64,000 nucleotides of DNA from Fidelibacterota bacterium (lineage in GTDB: Bacteria; Fidelibacterota; UBA8477; JABMPR01): the NCBI GenBank assembly GCA_016844945.1, contig JAERTJ010000111.1, positions 16,387 to 80,386 on the forward strand. Direction: 5' to 3'. Shown piece by piece: positions 1-10,089 of this stretch. The position numbers were made by a program, and so were the translations under genes. The notes below the pieces were generated by a model. The model worked only from the letters and a program-made list of their open reading frames with translations, was not told the DNA's origin and made no database searches. How positions within the stretch are numbered: the stretch's first letter is position 1; each line of letters begins with the position of its first letter.

Positions 1-1
1 G

Positions 2-1375
2 AATGGCATTGGTTTAGGGCTTTTTAACGCTGTAACTGCACCCGTGTATGCGACCCTTGAGGATGATTTGGGGAATGAGAGAGAGTATTTAACCAACCCA
101 CTGACCAACTATAACCTTGTGGTGGTGAGTAAAAATCTGAACAATGGCTCTGAATTCAGTATCATCAATACCAATGTTCAACGATTTTCAGAAGATGATA
201 CTACAAATGATTTTTGGGACGCAAATGTCATCGGATTCCAAACCAGACTACTGACGAAAGATTCCAAGTGGGAGCTTGAATCCAGTGGGGCATATAACTC
301 TTTGCTGTACCCAGATAGTGTTTCTAATGGGTTTAAATACTACATGGGCATAGGCGAGGAGCAGGGAATGTTTCAATACGGAACTGGGCTGGGCGTTGAA
401 TCTGAATTTTTCAACCCCAATGATATGGGATTCCTTCGTCAACCCAATGAAATCTCACATTTTGCCTATGCTCAGATCAGAACCCTGGATCCCGTATGGA
501 AGGTGAATGAGGCTAGTTTTGAGATCAGCGAGAATGTTGGATGGTTGTATAGCCCGCGGGTATATTCCAGCTTTCAGATTCAAGCGAACTGGAATGTCAC
601 ATTCAAGAATTATGTTTCAACCGGAGGCGGGTTCACCATCAAACCAATAGAAATTCATGACTATTATGAACCACGCACGGAAGATATGGTTTTTAAGGTT
701 CCCAGTCATTCTCATGGACATATGTGGTTAGGATCAAACCGCAATAAACCCTTTTCCATCAGTGGGTGGATCGGTAGATCAACCAGGACAAAATGGGGCT
801 CCAGATGGCAAGGGGGAGGACTGAATCCCAGCTGGAGAGTGAGTGACCAATTCCAGATTGATTATAGTCTGGACATAGATAGACTTACGAGTGATAGGGG
901 TTTTGCCACAAAAGATGATTCGGATCAGCCAATTTTTGGTAAAAGAGATCATACCACAATCACAAATTCCATTTATTCGCAATTCATATTTAATCCTGAA
1001 TTGGAATCTGACGTCAGGGTACGCTACTATCGCTCTTCTGTTGACTATGACACATTTTTTAGCCTCATGGAGGACGGACATCTAGAAGACAGCGATTATA
1101 ATGCTGATCTTGATGAAGTCTTCAATGCATTTACCATAGATGCTGTTCTCACCTGGCGGTTTGCTCCAGGGAGTGAATTGGCAGTTATTTACAAGAACAA
1201 CACGACGGTAGGTCATGTGGCTCCTGAAACGTATCCCTTGGAAGGGTATGTAATAAATCAGGGTTTTTTCAATGATCTCATCGGATTGCCTTCACAGGAT
1301 CAGTCAAATAGTATATCTCTGAAATTATTGTATTACGTTGATTCCTGGACCCTTATGCATAAGCTCACGCACTAG
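2..1375 (+). CDS. 5'-truncated secreted/outer-membrane-associated protein (DUF5916-like C-terminal region); continues upstream of the window
   Basis: The frame is open from nt 2 to the stop at 1373-1375, with no in-frame stop upstream of the GTG at 44, so the ORF runs off the window edge. Composition is beta-rich and aromatic/Gly/Asn-rich. A hairpin terminator follows. Family name is recalled from similar proteins and not verified. Confidence 0.5.
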   Translation, partial: NGIGLGLFNAVTAPVYATLEDDLGNEREYLTNPLTNYNLVVVSKNLNNGSEFSIINTNVQRFSEDDTTNDFWDANVIGFQTRLLTKDSKWELESSGAYNSLLYPDSVSNGFKYYMGIGEEQGMFQYGTGLGVESEFFNPNDMGFLRQPNEISHFAYAQIRTLDPVWKVNEASFEISENVGWLYSPRVYSSFQIQANWNVTFKNYVSTGGGFTIKPIEIHDYYEPRTEDMVFKVPSHSHGHMWLGSNRNKPFSISGWIGRSTRTKWGSRWQGGGLNPSWRVSDQFQIDYSLDIDRLTSDRGFATKDDSDQPIFGKRDHTTITNSIYSQFIFNPELESDVRVRYYRSSVDYDTFFSLMEDGHLEDSDYNADLDEVFNAFTIDAVLTWRFAPGSELAVIYKNNTTVGHVAPETYPLEGYVINQGFFNDLIGLPSQDQSNSISLKLLYYVDSWTLMHKLTH

Positions 1376-1398
1376 CCCTAGATAGACCATCATTTAGA

Positions 1399-1431
1399 AA
1401 AGGACATTCTCGCGGGGATGTCCTTTTTTTA
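1399..1431 (+). terminator. Rho-independent terminator after the first CDS
   Basis: Stem AGGACAT (1401-1407) pairs with ATGTCCT (1418-1424) across a 10-nt loop, followed by a T7 run. It is flanked by an A-run, so it could act in both directions. Confidence 0.7.
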
Positions 1432-1533
1432 TGTTTTTATCTCACACACCATCTTTTACAAATACATATGCCATTAATACAATATATGGCACAAAGCTTG
1501 CCTTAAGCATGTGTCTGAAAACAGGAGTGTGAA

Positions 1534-2400
1534 ATGTATAAAATTTTAAAAGCAGAATTCATCGCCCCCAATGTGAAAAGCTTCATTATTGAAGCGCCAC
1601 ACATCGCTAAAAAGCGTCAGGCAGGGCAATTCATCATCTTACGTGTCCACGACAAAGGAGAACGTATTCCGATCACCATTGCCGACTCAAATGGCGAGGA
1701 AGGGTGGATAAACATTATTGTACAGGGTCTAGGAAAAACCAGTGTCCATCTCAATACCCTTCAAGCTGGTGATCATCTTCAGGATCTGGTTGGCCCCCTT
1801 GGTTTGCCTACTCATATAGAAAACTGGGGAACTCTGGTTTGTATGAGTGGTGGCGTTGGAACTGCAGAAGCACTCCCCATTGCTGCAGCAGGAAAAGCAG
1901 CAGGAAATAGAGTAATCTCAATTATCGGTGCCCGGAACAAAGACCTGATCATCGCTCAGGAGCAAATGGCTGAGGTTGTCGATGAAGTTCGAATTTCTAC
2001 AGATGATGGTTCAGCTGGAAGACACGGTCTGGTAACAGATGTGCTCCAGGATCTCATAGATGAAGGGGTTACACCGGATATGATTGTTGCCATTGGCCCT
2101 TTGCCCATGATGGCAGCTGTCTCCCATCAAACCAAAGAACTGGGTATCCCAACTATGGTGAGTCTCAACGCCATAATGGTTGATGGAACGGGGATGTGTG
2201 GTGCCTGTCGCGCGACAGTAGGTGGTAAAACAGTTTTTGTCTGTGTGGATGGTCCGGAGTTCGATGGACATCAGGTCGACTTTAAAGAATTAGGAAGCCG
2301 GCAAAAAATGTACAAGCAGCAAGAAGAAGAATCCCATAATTGTTTTCTTGAGCGACAGATGAAAAAAGTTAAAGCTGAACAAATGAAAGCGGAGGGTTGA
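1534..2400 (+). CDS. nfnA: Sulfide/dihydroorotate dehydrogenase-like FAD/NAD-binding protein (NfnA / PyrK-like small subunit)
   Basis: 288 aa. It has a ferredoxin-reductase-type fold signature (RxYS-like RIPITIAD, GGVGTAEALP) and a C-terminal Cys cluster (GMCGACRATV...VCVDGP) typical of the PyrK/NfnA 2Fe-2S site. AGGAG lies 7 nt upstream of the ATG. Its stop overlaps the start of the next gene. Confidence 0.8.
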   Translation: MYKILKAEFIAPNVKSFIIEAPHIAKKRQAGQFIILRVHDKGERIPITIADSNGEEGWINIIVQGLGKTSVHLNTLQAGDHLQDLVGPLGLPTHIENWGTLVCMSGGVGTAEALPIAAAGKAAGNRVISIIGARNKDLIIAQEQMAEVVDEVRISTDDGSAGRHGLVTDVLQDLIDEGVTPDMIVAIGPLPMMAAVSHQTKELGIPTMVSLNAIMVDGTGMCGACRATVGGKTVFVCVDGPEFDGHQVDFKELGSRQKMYKQQEEESHNCFLERQMKKVKAEQMKAEG

Positions 2401-3860
2401 TCATGAAACGTGAAAGACCTGAATCATTTAACACAGTTCCCATGAAAGAACGTCTGACCATCCCACGTCAGGATATGCCTGAACAGGATCCAATGGAGAG
2501 AAGCGGCAATTTTCTGGAAGTGAACCTGGGTCTCACTAAAGAACAGGCAGTCTTGGAAGCTCAGCGCTGTATCGAATGTAAAGTCCCATCCTGTATGGAT
2601 GGTTGTCCTGTGAGTATTAAAATCCCTGATTTCTTGCAATTGATCTGCAAAGAGGATTTTGTTGGAGCTGCTGAAAAAATCAAGGAAGACAATTCCCTTC
2701 CAGCCATTTGTGGTCGCGTTTGCCCCCAGGAAACTCAATGCGAAGAGGTTTGTGTGATGGGGCGTCGATTTGAGCCTGTTGCCATTGGTCGCCTGGAACG
2801 CTTCGTTGCAGACTATACCATGCAAAATGGCAATGGTTCAACCAAAGCCTTTGATAAGCCTGAACCTACAGGGCAAAAAGTAGCAATTGTTGGGTCCGGA
2901 CCCGCAGGATTAGCAGTAGCCAGTGATCTGATCAAAGAGGGTCATGCAGTAACTGTTTTTGAAGCCCTGCACGAGTATGGTGGTGTATTGGTCTATGGAA
3001 TTCCAGAATTTCGCCTACCCAAAGTCATTCTAAAAGAAGAGGTGGCTAACCTGGAAGCCATGGGTGTAAAATTTGTAAAGAATTTCATTGTCGGTCGCAC
3101 CATGACCATCCAGGAGCTCATGGTAGAAGAAGGGTATGATGCTGTCTTCTTAGGGCTGGGTGCAGGTTTACCTCGTTTTATGAATATCCCGGGAGAAAAC
3201 CTCAATGGTGTATATTCAGCCAATGAATTTCTAACGCGTTCAAACCTCATGCGGGGTTATGACTTCCCTGAATGGGATACACCTCTCTATCGTGCCAAAA
3301 ATGCGATCATCGTTGGGGGTGGAAACACTGCTATGGATGCAGTGAGAACCGCCAAACGTTTGGGTGCGGAACAAGCATCGATTGTCTATCGTCGATCAGA
3401 AGAAGAAATGCCTGCCAGAAATGAAGAGATTCACCACGCTAAGGAAGAAGGTGTGAAGTTTATGAATCTCGTCAACCCCATTGAATTCATCAGTGATGAC
3501 CAGGGAAGTGTGGTCGCTGCAAAATGTCTGCGCATGGAATTGGGTGAACCCGATGATTCAGGGCGTCGCCGTCCTGTACCCATGGAAGGTTCAGAGTTTG
3601 TCATGGATGTGGATATGGTAGTGATTGCTGTTGGGAATGGTTCTAATCCGTTAATTTCGCAGACCACTCCAGAGATAGAGACCAATAAATGGGGCAACAT
3701 CGTTGCCGATGAAGAAGGTAGAACTTCTATGGAGGGTGTCTTTGCCGGAGGTGATATTGTCAGTGGTGGAGCAACAGTTATTTTAGCCATGGGACAGGGT
3801 AGAAAATCCGCCATTGCCATTAATGAATATCTTAAAGCTAAGGTTGGGAGTTCAGCATGA
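2397..3860 (+). CDS. nfnB: NADPH-dependent glutamate synthase small-chain homologue / NfnB-type ferredoxin:NADP oxidoreductase subunit
   Basis: 487 aa. Two Cys clusters (CIECKVPSCMDGCP and ICGRVCPQETQCEEVC) are followed by a VAIVGSGPAGL dinucleotide-binding motif and a second GGGNTAMD Rossmann motif, which is classic GltD/NfnB architecture. The TTG at 2397 or ATG at 2403 overlaps the nfnA stop. Confidence 0.85.
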   Translation: MIMKRERPESFNTVPMKERLTIPRQDMPEQDPMERSGNFLEVNLGLTKEQAVLEAQRCIECKVPSCMDGCPVSIKIPDFLQLICKEDFVGAAEKIKEDNSLPAICGRVCPQETQCEEVCVMGRRFEPVAIGRLERFVADYTMQNGNGSTKAFDKPEPTGQKVAIVGSGPAGLAVASDLIKEGHAVTVFEALHEYGGVLVYGIPEFRLPKVILKEEVANLEAMGVKFVKNFIVGRTMTIQELMVEEGYDAVFLGLGAGLPRFMNIPGENLNGVYSANEFLTRSNLMRGYDFPEWDTPLYRAKNAIIVGGGNTAMDAVRTAKRLGAEQASIVYRRSEEEMPARNEEIHHAKEEGVKFMNLVNPIEFISDDQGSVVAAKCLRMELGEPDDSGRRRPVPMEGSEFVMDVDMVVIAVGNGSNPLISQTTPEIETNKWGNIVADEEGRTSMEGVFAGGDIVSGGATVILAMGQGRKSAIAINEYLKAKVGSSA

Positions 3861-4321
3861 GTTTAAAAGACCAGATAGAATCAATGAATATGGATGACAT
3901 TGTGGAAATGTGCATTCACCAGGAACAACAGGCGATTGATTTGTATACTCTTGCAAGAGATCAGGCGAAGGATGAAGCTTCACGCCAGAAGTTTCAAGAA
4001 CTGATCGATATGGAAAATGAACATAAAGTCTCTCTCAAAAATTTTGAGATTGAACGCTATATCGAATTACCACCAGCAGATTTGAAAGTGACAGATTACC
4101 TCGTGGAACCAGTCCTGAAGGATAACATGACCACTCAGGAAATACTCATATTGGCGGCGAAACGAGAAGGCAAAACAGCTGTGATGTATCAGGATCTGGC
4201 TGATCACTTTTCAGAGGAAAAGCATCTCAACACATTTTTTCAGATGATGGCAGACGAAGAACTTCGTCATAAGCATGACCTGGAAACTGAATATGAGAAT
4301 GAGTACCTGCAAGAGGGATAG
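3857..4321 (+). CDS. Ferritin-like / rubrerythrin-type diiron four-helix-bundle protein (no rubredoxin domain)
   Basis: 154 aa with the ligand pattern E ... ExxH ... E ... ExxH (HQEQQA, MENEHK, AKREGK, DEELRHK). ATGA start/stop overlap with nfnB at 3857-3860. Confidence 0.65.
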   Translation: MSLKDQIESMNMDDIVEMCIHQEQQAIDLYTLARDQAKDEASRQKFQELIDMENEHKVSLKNFEIERYIELPPADLKVTDYLVEPVLKDNMTTQEILILAAKREGKTAVMYQDLADHFSEEKHLNTFFQMMADEELRHKHDLETEYENEYLQEG

Positions 4322-4459
4322 TTCTTTTTAAGCACGCAGAGCCACGCCTTGTATATTTTTTTGGGGCGATATTAATTTTTTCATCTGACCGTTGCTGACT
4401 GTAGTTTCTCAGCCAGTCAAATCTTATATTTTCGCTTACTTGATGATGAAGGAATACAT

Positions 4460-4966
4460 GTGATTACAGAAAAATTAATTTCCATGCTGGAAACCCAGTC
4501 TGATGAACTCAGTGCTACCTGGGTAGAAATGCTAAAAGGAAATGAAAATACAAGCTCCAGACTCGGCTTTAGTGATATAGAGCTAAAGAAGTTTTCCCAA
4601 TTTGTTTATGAGCAGCTAAAACTGTGGCTGGATTGGCAAACCACATCCGCTGAAGTCGCCAAGTTGTTTTGGAACTTCGGTGTTGATCGCAAACAGCAAT
4701 CCATTGATCTGGCTGAGGTTCATTATGGGATCATCCTGGCAAGACGTAATCTTTATATCAATATCCTGGAAAAAATGGGAGAAGAAGATGTGGCAGATAT
4801 GCAGGAGTTGATTGCATTTACCAGCCGGATCACTTACTTCTTCGATAAAATTGGATATTTTGTCGTAAAAGGATATGAAGGTTTAGGCTCTCCATCTGAA
4901 AAGGATGAAGCTGCCCTGGATGGAATTCTGGCTGCCTTCCGCTCAGGTTCCAGCGCAGATATATAG
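4460..4966 (+). CDS. Hypothetical cytoplasmic helical protein (possibly RsbRD-N/globin-like sensor fold)
   Basis: 168-aa ORF with a GTG start, no signal peptide and a helical heptad-like composition. The RsbRD_N resemblance is only an impression. Confidence 0.4.
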   Translation: MITEKLISMLETQSDELSATWVEMLKGNENTSSRLGFSDIELKKFSQFVYEQLKLWLDWQTTSAEVAKLFWNFGVDRKQQSIDLAEVHYGIILARRNLYINILEKMGEEDVADMQELIAFTSRITYFFDKIGYFVVKGYEGLGSPSEKDEAALDGILAAFRSGSSADI

Positions 4967-4982
4967 AAAGAAACCCCTGGTT

Positions 4983-6626
4983 TTACATCTGATCCGGGGC
5001 GCTTATCCCCAGGATCCGCAATCCATTTCTCAATGTAATTTGAACGGCTTCCAGCAAGGCCAGTCGGGCTTTGGACATTTCCTGATTTTCCAGATCAATC
5101 ACTTTGTACTCAGTATAGAATTTGTGTAGCGCTGTTGCCAGGTTAAACAAATAACCGGGCAAATGATGAACTTCCAAAGCTCTACGACAATGATCTAACA
5201 CTTCGGGAAATTCCAATGCCTGATTGATCAGGGCTACGGTAAACTCCTCGTTGAGGAGAGATAAATCTGCACTGGCTGAATCAGCTTCCAGACCCCTTTC
5301 CTTGGCTCTTCGGAAGATGCTGGATATTCGTGCATGGGCGTATTGGAGATAGAAAACAGGATTCTCATCCGTCTGTCGTTTGGCTAGATCCAGATCAAAA
5401 TTGAGATGACTTGATGCACTTCGCATGATGTAAAAATATCTGACCACATCGGCTCCAACCTCATCTATCAGCTCATCCAGGGTCACAAAATTGGCTTTTC
5501 TAGTTGACATTTTAACCACTTCACCTGATCGGAGAAGCGTTACAAACTGATGTATGACTACCTGGATGTGTTCGTGTTTTAATCCCATGACTTTGAGTGC
5601 TGAGAGAACATCGGGATAGGCATCAATATGATCAGCCCCAAAGATGTCAACCACCAAATCAAACCCACGAGCCACCTTTTCGCGATGATAGGCTATGTCG
5701 GGTAGGCGATAGGTAGGTTCACCACTCGATTTCACTAAAACTCGATCCTGATCAATTCCTAACTCAGTGGTTTTGAACCAGGTTGCACCATCCTTGTCAT
5801 ACAATAACCCCTTGTCACGGAGGATTGTCAAGACCTCATCAATTTTACCTGCTTCATAGAGAGAACGTTCATTGTAAAAAACATCATGGACAACACCAAT
5901 ACGCTCCAGGCTGGATTTAATAATGGCAAAGATTGATTCTTCAGCAAAGATTTTAAAGGTGTTGATATCCTCATCACTGCTGAGATCAGGTTTCTGTTCC
6001 ATGAGATCTTTTGCGACATTGATCAGGTAAGCACCTTCATAACCGCCATCGGGAAGTGATATAGGCTTTCCTTTGAGTTCCATATAGCGAGCCTTGAGAG
6101 ACTCACCCAACAGACGCATCTGACGACCGGCATTGTTGAAATAGTATTCCCGGGTAACCTCGTACCCTGACCAGGTCAGGATATTTGCCAGAGTGTCCCC
6201 CAGAACGGTTTGACGACCATGACCCACGGTAAGCGGACCGGTTGGGTTAGCACTTACAAACTCAACCTGTGCGGTTTTTCCTACACCAAAATCACTTTTC
6301 CCATAATCATCTCGGGTGTTCAGAATATTTTCTATCTGAGCGGTCAAGTAGTCTGATGACTGGAAAAAGTTGATAAAACCCGGGTTCAGGATCTCATACT
6401 TCTCCACAATGCCAGAATCTAGCTCCAGACCATCCATAAGCTCTTCTGCAATCTGCATCGGTGCTCGTTTTAGATCTCGCGCCAGAGCCATGGCGATATT
6501 GGTGGCCCAATCCCCATTTTCAACCTTTTTGGGTCGGGAAAATTGCAGTCGTTCAGTTGGCCATTCCAACTGCTCCATTCGGGCAGAAATCTGCTGTGTT
6601 AAATATTCAAACATGGTGGGTTTCAA
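4983..6626 (-). CDS. argS: Arginine--tRNA ligase
   Basis: 547 aa. Contains the class I HIGH region (SANPTGPLTVGHGR), a KMSKS-equivalent (KMSTRK) and a C-terminal anticodon-binding DALR-type region. Confidence 0.95.
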   Translation of the reverse strand: MKPTMFEYLTQQISARMEQLEWPTERLQFSRPKKVENGDWATNIAMALARDLKRAPMQIAEELMDGLELDSGIVEKYEILNPGFINFFQSSDYLTAQIENILNTRDDYGKSDFGVGKTAQVEFVSANPTGPLTVGHGRQTVLGDTLANILTWSGYEVTREYYFNNAGRQMRLLGESLKARYMELKGKPISLPDGGYEGAYLINVAKDLMEQKPDLSSDEDINTFKIFAEESIFAIIKSSLERIGVVHDVFYNERSLYEAGKIDEVLTILRDKGLLYDKDGATWFKTTELGIDQDRVLVKSSGEPTYRLPDIAYHREKVARGFDLVVDIFGADHIDAYPDVLSALKVMGLKHEHIQVVIHQFVTLLRSGEVVKMSTRKANFVTLDELIDEVGADVVRYFYIMRSASSHLNFDLDLAKRQTDENPVFYLQYAHARISSIFRRAKERGLEADSASADLSLLNEEFTVALINQALEFPEVLDHCRRALEVHHLPGYLFNLATALHKFYTEYKVIDLENQEMSKARLALLEAVQITLRNGLRILGISAPDQM

Positions 6627-6632
6627 TCAATT

Positions 6633-7037
6633 CTATAGATTATCAAAAAGGGGGGGCTCAACACCAGATTCTTGATCGGTCTCATCGCTGAGTTCAGTTA
6701 TTTCCGCATCGATCCAGAGACGTTCCAGATCATAGAAGTCACGACTGGCTTCATGGAAAACATGAACAACTACATTGATGTAATCTAAAAGAATCCATTC
6801 CCTGGTATCATAACCTTCACGGTTAAAGGGACGTTCAACTTCAGCAATCTCATCGACGATGTGGTCGGTGATTGCTTTCACCTGGATATCAGAATTTCCA
6901 GAACAGATCACGAAAAAATCTGTCATTGAGGTCACTTTGTGGACATCCAGGATTTTAACCCGGTTGGCTTTTTTTTGCATGGCAAGTTCGCCAATTTCAT
7001 GAGCAAGCTTTTTTGAATCTGAGTAATTATCAGGCAT
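6633..7037 (-). CDS. rsfS: Ribosome silencing factor RsfS (iojap family)
   Basis: 134 aa. Typical RsfS core (KKANRVKILDV...TDFFVICSGNSDIQVKAI...WILLDYINVVVHVF). Confidence 0.9.
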   Translation of the reverse strand: MPDNYSDSKKLAHEIGELAMQKKANRVKILDVHKVTSMTDFFVICSGNSDIQVKAITDHIVDEIAEVERPFNREGYDTREWILLDYINVVVHVFHEASRDFYDLERLWIDAEITELSDETDQESGVEPPLFDNL

Positions 7038-7094
7038 AGATCATTTCAATTTATAGGTTATTGGGGGATGGGCTGATAAGCGCAAAGGGTAATC

Positions 7095-7661
7095 TTACGA
7101 TTTTTTATCTTTATATGCTGGAACAGATTTATAGTCATGCCCAATGATCATAGTAATATCAACAGAAAGACTGGGGTCTGTTTCCAGACTAACCTGTTCA
7201 CGGCTGATTCCGAGCTCTTCAGCCAATTTAAATGCCGAATCAATATTATCTGTCCGGGCAATAATGAGCGTGTTGTCATATTTGAAATGAGCTGCATTCT
7301 CAGTATTTAACACATCAAAAGTTTTTTCGTGGACAATATCCTTAAACAGGGCAGCAACCCCACTTACCCCACACCCATTCAGGATTTCTACACTCACGTT
7401 GGGGTACTTTTTATTAGCAATCAGGGTTTCTGGTGTGGCCTCTTCAGGGATCTCAGCATAGTAGCGCATTTCCTCAGCCACGTTTCGATTGTTGGTGTGA
7501 CGATCCCAGAACGACCAGATGAAAGTCAGAACCAGCACCGAAAGCGCTAGCATAAGTACGTTCACCAGCATATCGGCTGATTGAGCGGGTCTTTTCTTGC
7601 GGTTCTTTTTTGTTGCGCGTCTGGATTGCTTGGAGGATTTGTTGTTAAGGACTTTTGCCAT
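7095..7661 (-). CDS. LytR_C (LytR/CpsA/Psr C-terminal) domain membrane protein
   Basis: 188 aa. A basic N-terminal tail and one TM helix are followed by VEILNGCGVSGVAA...IIAR, characteristic of the LytR_C domain. Confidence 0.65.
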   Translation of the reverse strand: MAKVLNNKSSKQSRRATKKNRKKRPAQSADMLVNVLMLALSVLVLTFIWSFWDRHTNNRNVAEEMRYYAEIPEEATPETLIANKKYPNVSVEILNGCGVSGVAALFKDIVHEKTFDVLNTENAAHFKYDNTLIIARTDNIDSAFKLAEELGISREQVSLETDPSLSVDITMIIGHDYKSVPAYKDKKS

Positions 7662-7667
7662 AAATGA

Positions 7668-8171
7668 TTAATATCCCAATCGTTGGTAAGGGTAGGGTGA
7701 AAAATAACGGTTATAGGCGTTGACCGGTAAGCGACTAAATCCTATCTGAAAGGATACATTTTCTTTGGGTTTGTATGTTACCTCGCCACTATAAAAAATG
7801 TTGTCGGTACTAAATCCATTCATGAATTGAGCTTGTTCATTCCTCGGACCTAAGGTGGAAAAGGGGGAATGCATCAGTCCTACTGATCCTTGAAAGCTAA
7901 CCTGAGGATTTATGACATAATTAAAGCTGGATTTCAGAAGTCCCATAGCAACAGCATTGTCACCATAGGAGCTGACCTGCATGGAATAACTGTTCTGAAA
8001 ATCTATTCTGGACAGATCAATACCCAGAAAAGAAGCTGAACCGACCGAGATTCGCGTATTCAGACCAGGAATAGTTGGCACTTCAGTTTTGTACTGCGCC
8101 TGTAAGACCAGAGGGGTCACTACTAATAGCGTAATAATAAGGACGTGATATAATGATTTCCTGGGTTTCAT
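7668..8171 (-). CDS. Small secreted beta-rich protein, probable outer-membrane beta-barrel
   Basis: 167 aa. Signal peptide (LLVVTPLVLQAQ), alternating-hydrophobic strand pattern and an aromatic C-terminus (...YQRLGY). Confidence 0.5.
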   Translation of the reverse strand: MKPRKSLYHVLIITLLVVTPLVLQAQYKTEVPTIPGLNTRISVGSASFLGIDLSRIDFQNSYSMQVSSYGDNAVAMGLLKSSFNYVINPQVSFQGSVGLMHSPFSTLGPRNEQAQFMNGFSTDNIFYSGEVTYKPKENVSFQIGFSRLPVNAYNRYFSPYPYQRLGY

Positions 8172-8174
8172 GTA

Positions 8175-8921
8175 TTACTCCTGCGATGCTAAAATCTTCG
8201 CTTCCACTGTTTTTAATTCGTCTACAGTGTTGATACCCTGAATTTCAGAAAAAGTTTCGCAAATTTCAACCCCTACCTTTGCACCCCGTTTCTGGAGTAA
8301 AGGCAGGACATCTGGCAGGTAATATTCGCCCTGAGCGTTGCTGTTACCCACTTTGTGTAGCTCAGCGAACAGTTTTTTGCTGTCAAAAACATAGATCCCA
8401 GAATTAATTTCTTTGATCGATAACTGATCTTCACTGGCATCCTTATGCTCCACGACCTTATCGAAGAGGTCATCTGAAGTCCTCAGAACTCGACCATACC
8501 CTGTTGGATTATCAGCGAGGGCTGTAAGTACAGTTGCAGTATATCCACCCGTGTGATGGGTTTTTAAAAGAGCTGCAAGTGTACTTCCTTTCAGCATGGG
8601 AACATCTCCTGAAAGCACAATAACATCTCCATCAAAATCTTTCAAAAGTTCACTGGTCTGTAATACAGCATGACCGGTACCGAGTTGCTCTAGCTGCTCT
8701 GCAAAAAGCACGGGTTCATGCTTAAGGGAATCCCGAACGACTTCCTGCTGGTGACCTACTATACAAATAATTTTAGAAGCGGACAGACTTTTTGCCTGGT
8801 CTACAACATATTGAATTAAGGGTTTTCCCAGAACCAGATTACACACTTTAGGGATATCATCTCGTTTCATGCGGGTACCCTTGCCCGCTGCCATAATTAC
8901 CACTGCTAATTGATAGGTCAT
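8175..8921 (-). CDS. Sugar-phosphate nucleotidyltransferase (GlmU N-terminal-domain-like, no LbH acetyltransferase domain)
   Basis: 248 aa. Contains the MAAGKGTRM P-loop-like motif, GTGHAV and SGDVPML, as in the GlmU uridyltransferase domain. The ORF ends cleanly without a hexapeptide-repeat region. Confidence 0.75.
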   Translation of the reverse strand: MTYQLAVVIMAAGKGTRMKRDDIPKVCNLVLGKPLIQYVVDQAKSLSASKIICIVGHQQEVVRDSLKHEPVLFAEQLEQLGTGHAVLQTSELLKDFDGDVIVLSGDVPMLKGSTLAALLKTHHTGGYTATVLTALADNPTGYGRVLRTSDDLFDKVVEHKDASEDQLSIKEINSGIYVFDSKKLFAELHKVGNSNAQGEYYLPDVLPLLQKRGAKVGVEICETFSEIQGINTVDELKTVEAKILASQE

Positions 8922-8982
8922 ATCACTCCCATTTCTGCTTCAATTTAAGCAGTACACATCCAAAGGGTATGGAATTCAAAGG

Positions 8983-10086
8983 TTAAACGGATTTTATGAT
9001 ACCGCCACCCACTGCATGATCCTCTAGAAAGAATACTGCGGATTGACCAGGGGTAATGGCGTTTTCTGGTGAATCAAAAGTCACCTCGTAGGCATCTTCA
9101 TCCAGACGAGCAATTCGGGCTGGCTTAGCGCTATGGTTGTATCGAATTTGAACCTTCACAGGTGTATCTAAAATATAGCTTTCATCAACCAGAAGGTTGA
9201 TTGAATCAACAATGAAGGTACTTGCTTCGGCTTCTTTTTTGTTTCCCACGTGAACTGTGTTAGTCTCAGCATCAATTTTGTTGACAAAAACGCGTTCACC
9301 TGTGGCTAATCCGAGACCTTTTCTCTGGCCCACGGTATAATTATGAATTCCCTGGTGCCCACCGATCACATTCCCTTGAGCATCAACAAAATCACCTGAT
9401 GGGGCAGCTTCTATCACTTCAGGGTATTGCTCAGTCAAGAAGCGTCGATAATCATTGTCCGGTACAAAACATATTTCCATACTTTCTGGTGTATCTGCTG
9501 TGCGCATATCTGCTTTTGCAGCTTGTTCGCGGACTTCAGTTTTGGAGAGATCTCCCAATGGAAAGAGGGTTCTGGCTAATTCATCTGGTCGAATTCCCCA
9601 GAGTACATACGCCTGATCCTTGTTCTGATCCTTGCCCCTGCCGATGACCCATTTGCCAGAGGCTTCATGCTTAATTTTCCGGGCGTAGTGACCGGTTGCC
9701 AGGAAGTCCACACCCAGGTCATCCAGTTTATTGAGCAAAGCATGCCACTTGATCTCGGTATTACAAACGATGCAGGGGTTTGGCGTTCTCCCAGCCTTGT
9801 ATTCTGAGACAAAATTCTGGATGACTATCTGCTTGAATTCAGCGGACATGTCTAGCGTATAGTGGGGGATACCCAGCGATGCACACTCTGCTTTGGCATT
9901 GTTGATATCATCCAGAGAACAACAATTACTATCATGGGTGGGTCTGCCCCCTGAATCGATATACCCCCAGAGCTTCATGGTGACACCCATTACATCATAA
10001 CCCTGCTCTACCAGTAATCTGGCAGCTAGGGAACTATCTACGCCACCACTCATTGCGATGACGACTTTTTTATTATTTTCTGACAT
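8983..10086 (-). CDS. mnmA: tRNA-specific 2-thiouridylase MnmA
   Basis: 367 aa. Has the PP-loop SGGVDSS, the catalytic Cys region (NPCIVCN) and a conserved C-terminal barrel. Confidence 0.93.
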   Translation of the reverse strand: MSENNKKVVIAMSGGVDSSLAARLLVEQGYDVMGVTMKLWGYIDSGGRPTHDSNCCSLDDINNAKAECASLGIPHYTLDMSAEFKQIVIQNFVSEYKAGRTPNPCIVCNTEIKWHALLNKLDDLGVDFLATGHYARKIKHEASGKWVIGRGKDQNKDQAYVLWGIRPDELARTLFPLGDLSKTEVREQAAKADMRTADTPESMEICFVPDNDYRRFLTEQYPEVIEAAPSGDFVDAQGNVIGGHQGIHNYTVGQRKGLGLATGERVFVNKIDAETNTVHVGNKKEAEASTFIVDSINLLVDESYILDTPVKVQIRYNHSAKPARIARLDEDAYEVTFDSPENAITPGQSAVFFLEDHAVGGGIIKSV

Positions 10087-10089
10087 TGT

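Noticed and set aside
4905-5129. 74-aa plus-strand ORF spanning the 4460-4966 gene end and the argS 3' end
   Set aside because: It is out of frame with one supported CDS and antisense to the other, and it has no motif or RBS.
8175-8921. GlmU-like gene as a truncated pseudogene lacking the acetyltransferase domain
   Set aside because: The ORF ends cleanly 3 nt before the next gene, with no hexapeptide-repeat remnants in other frames. Stand-alone nucleotidyltransferase domains are common.
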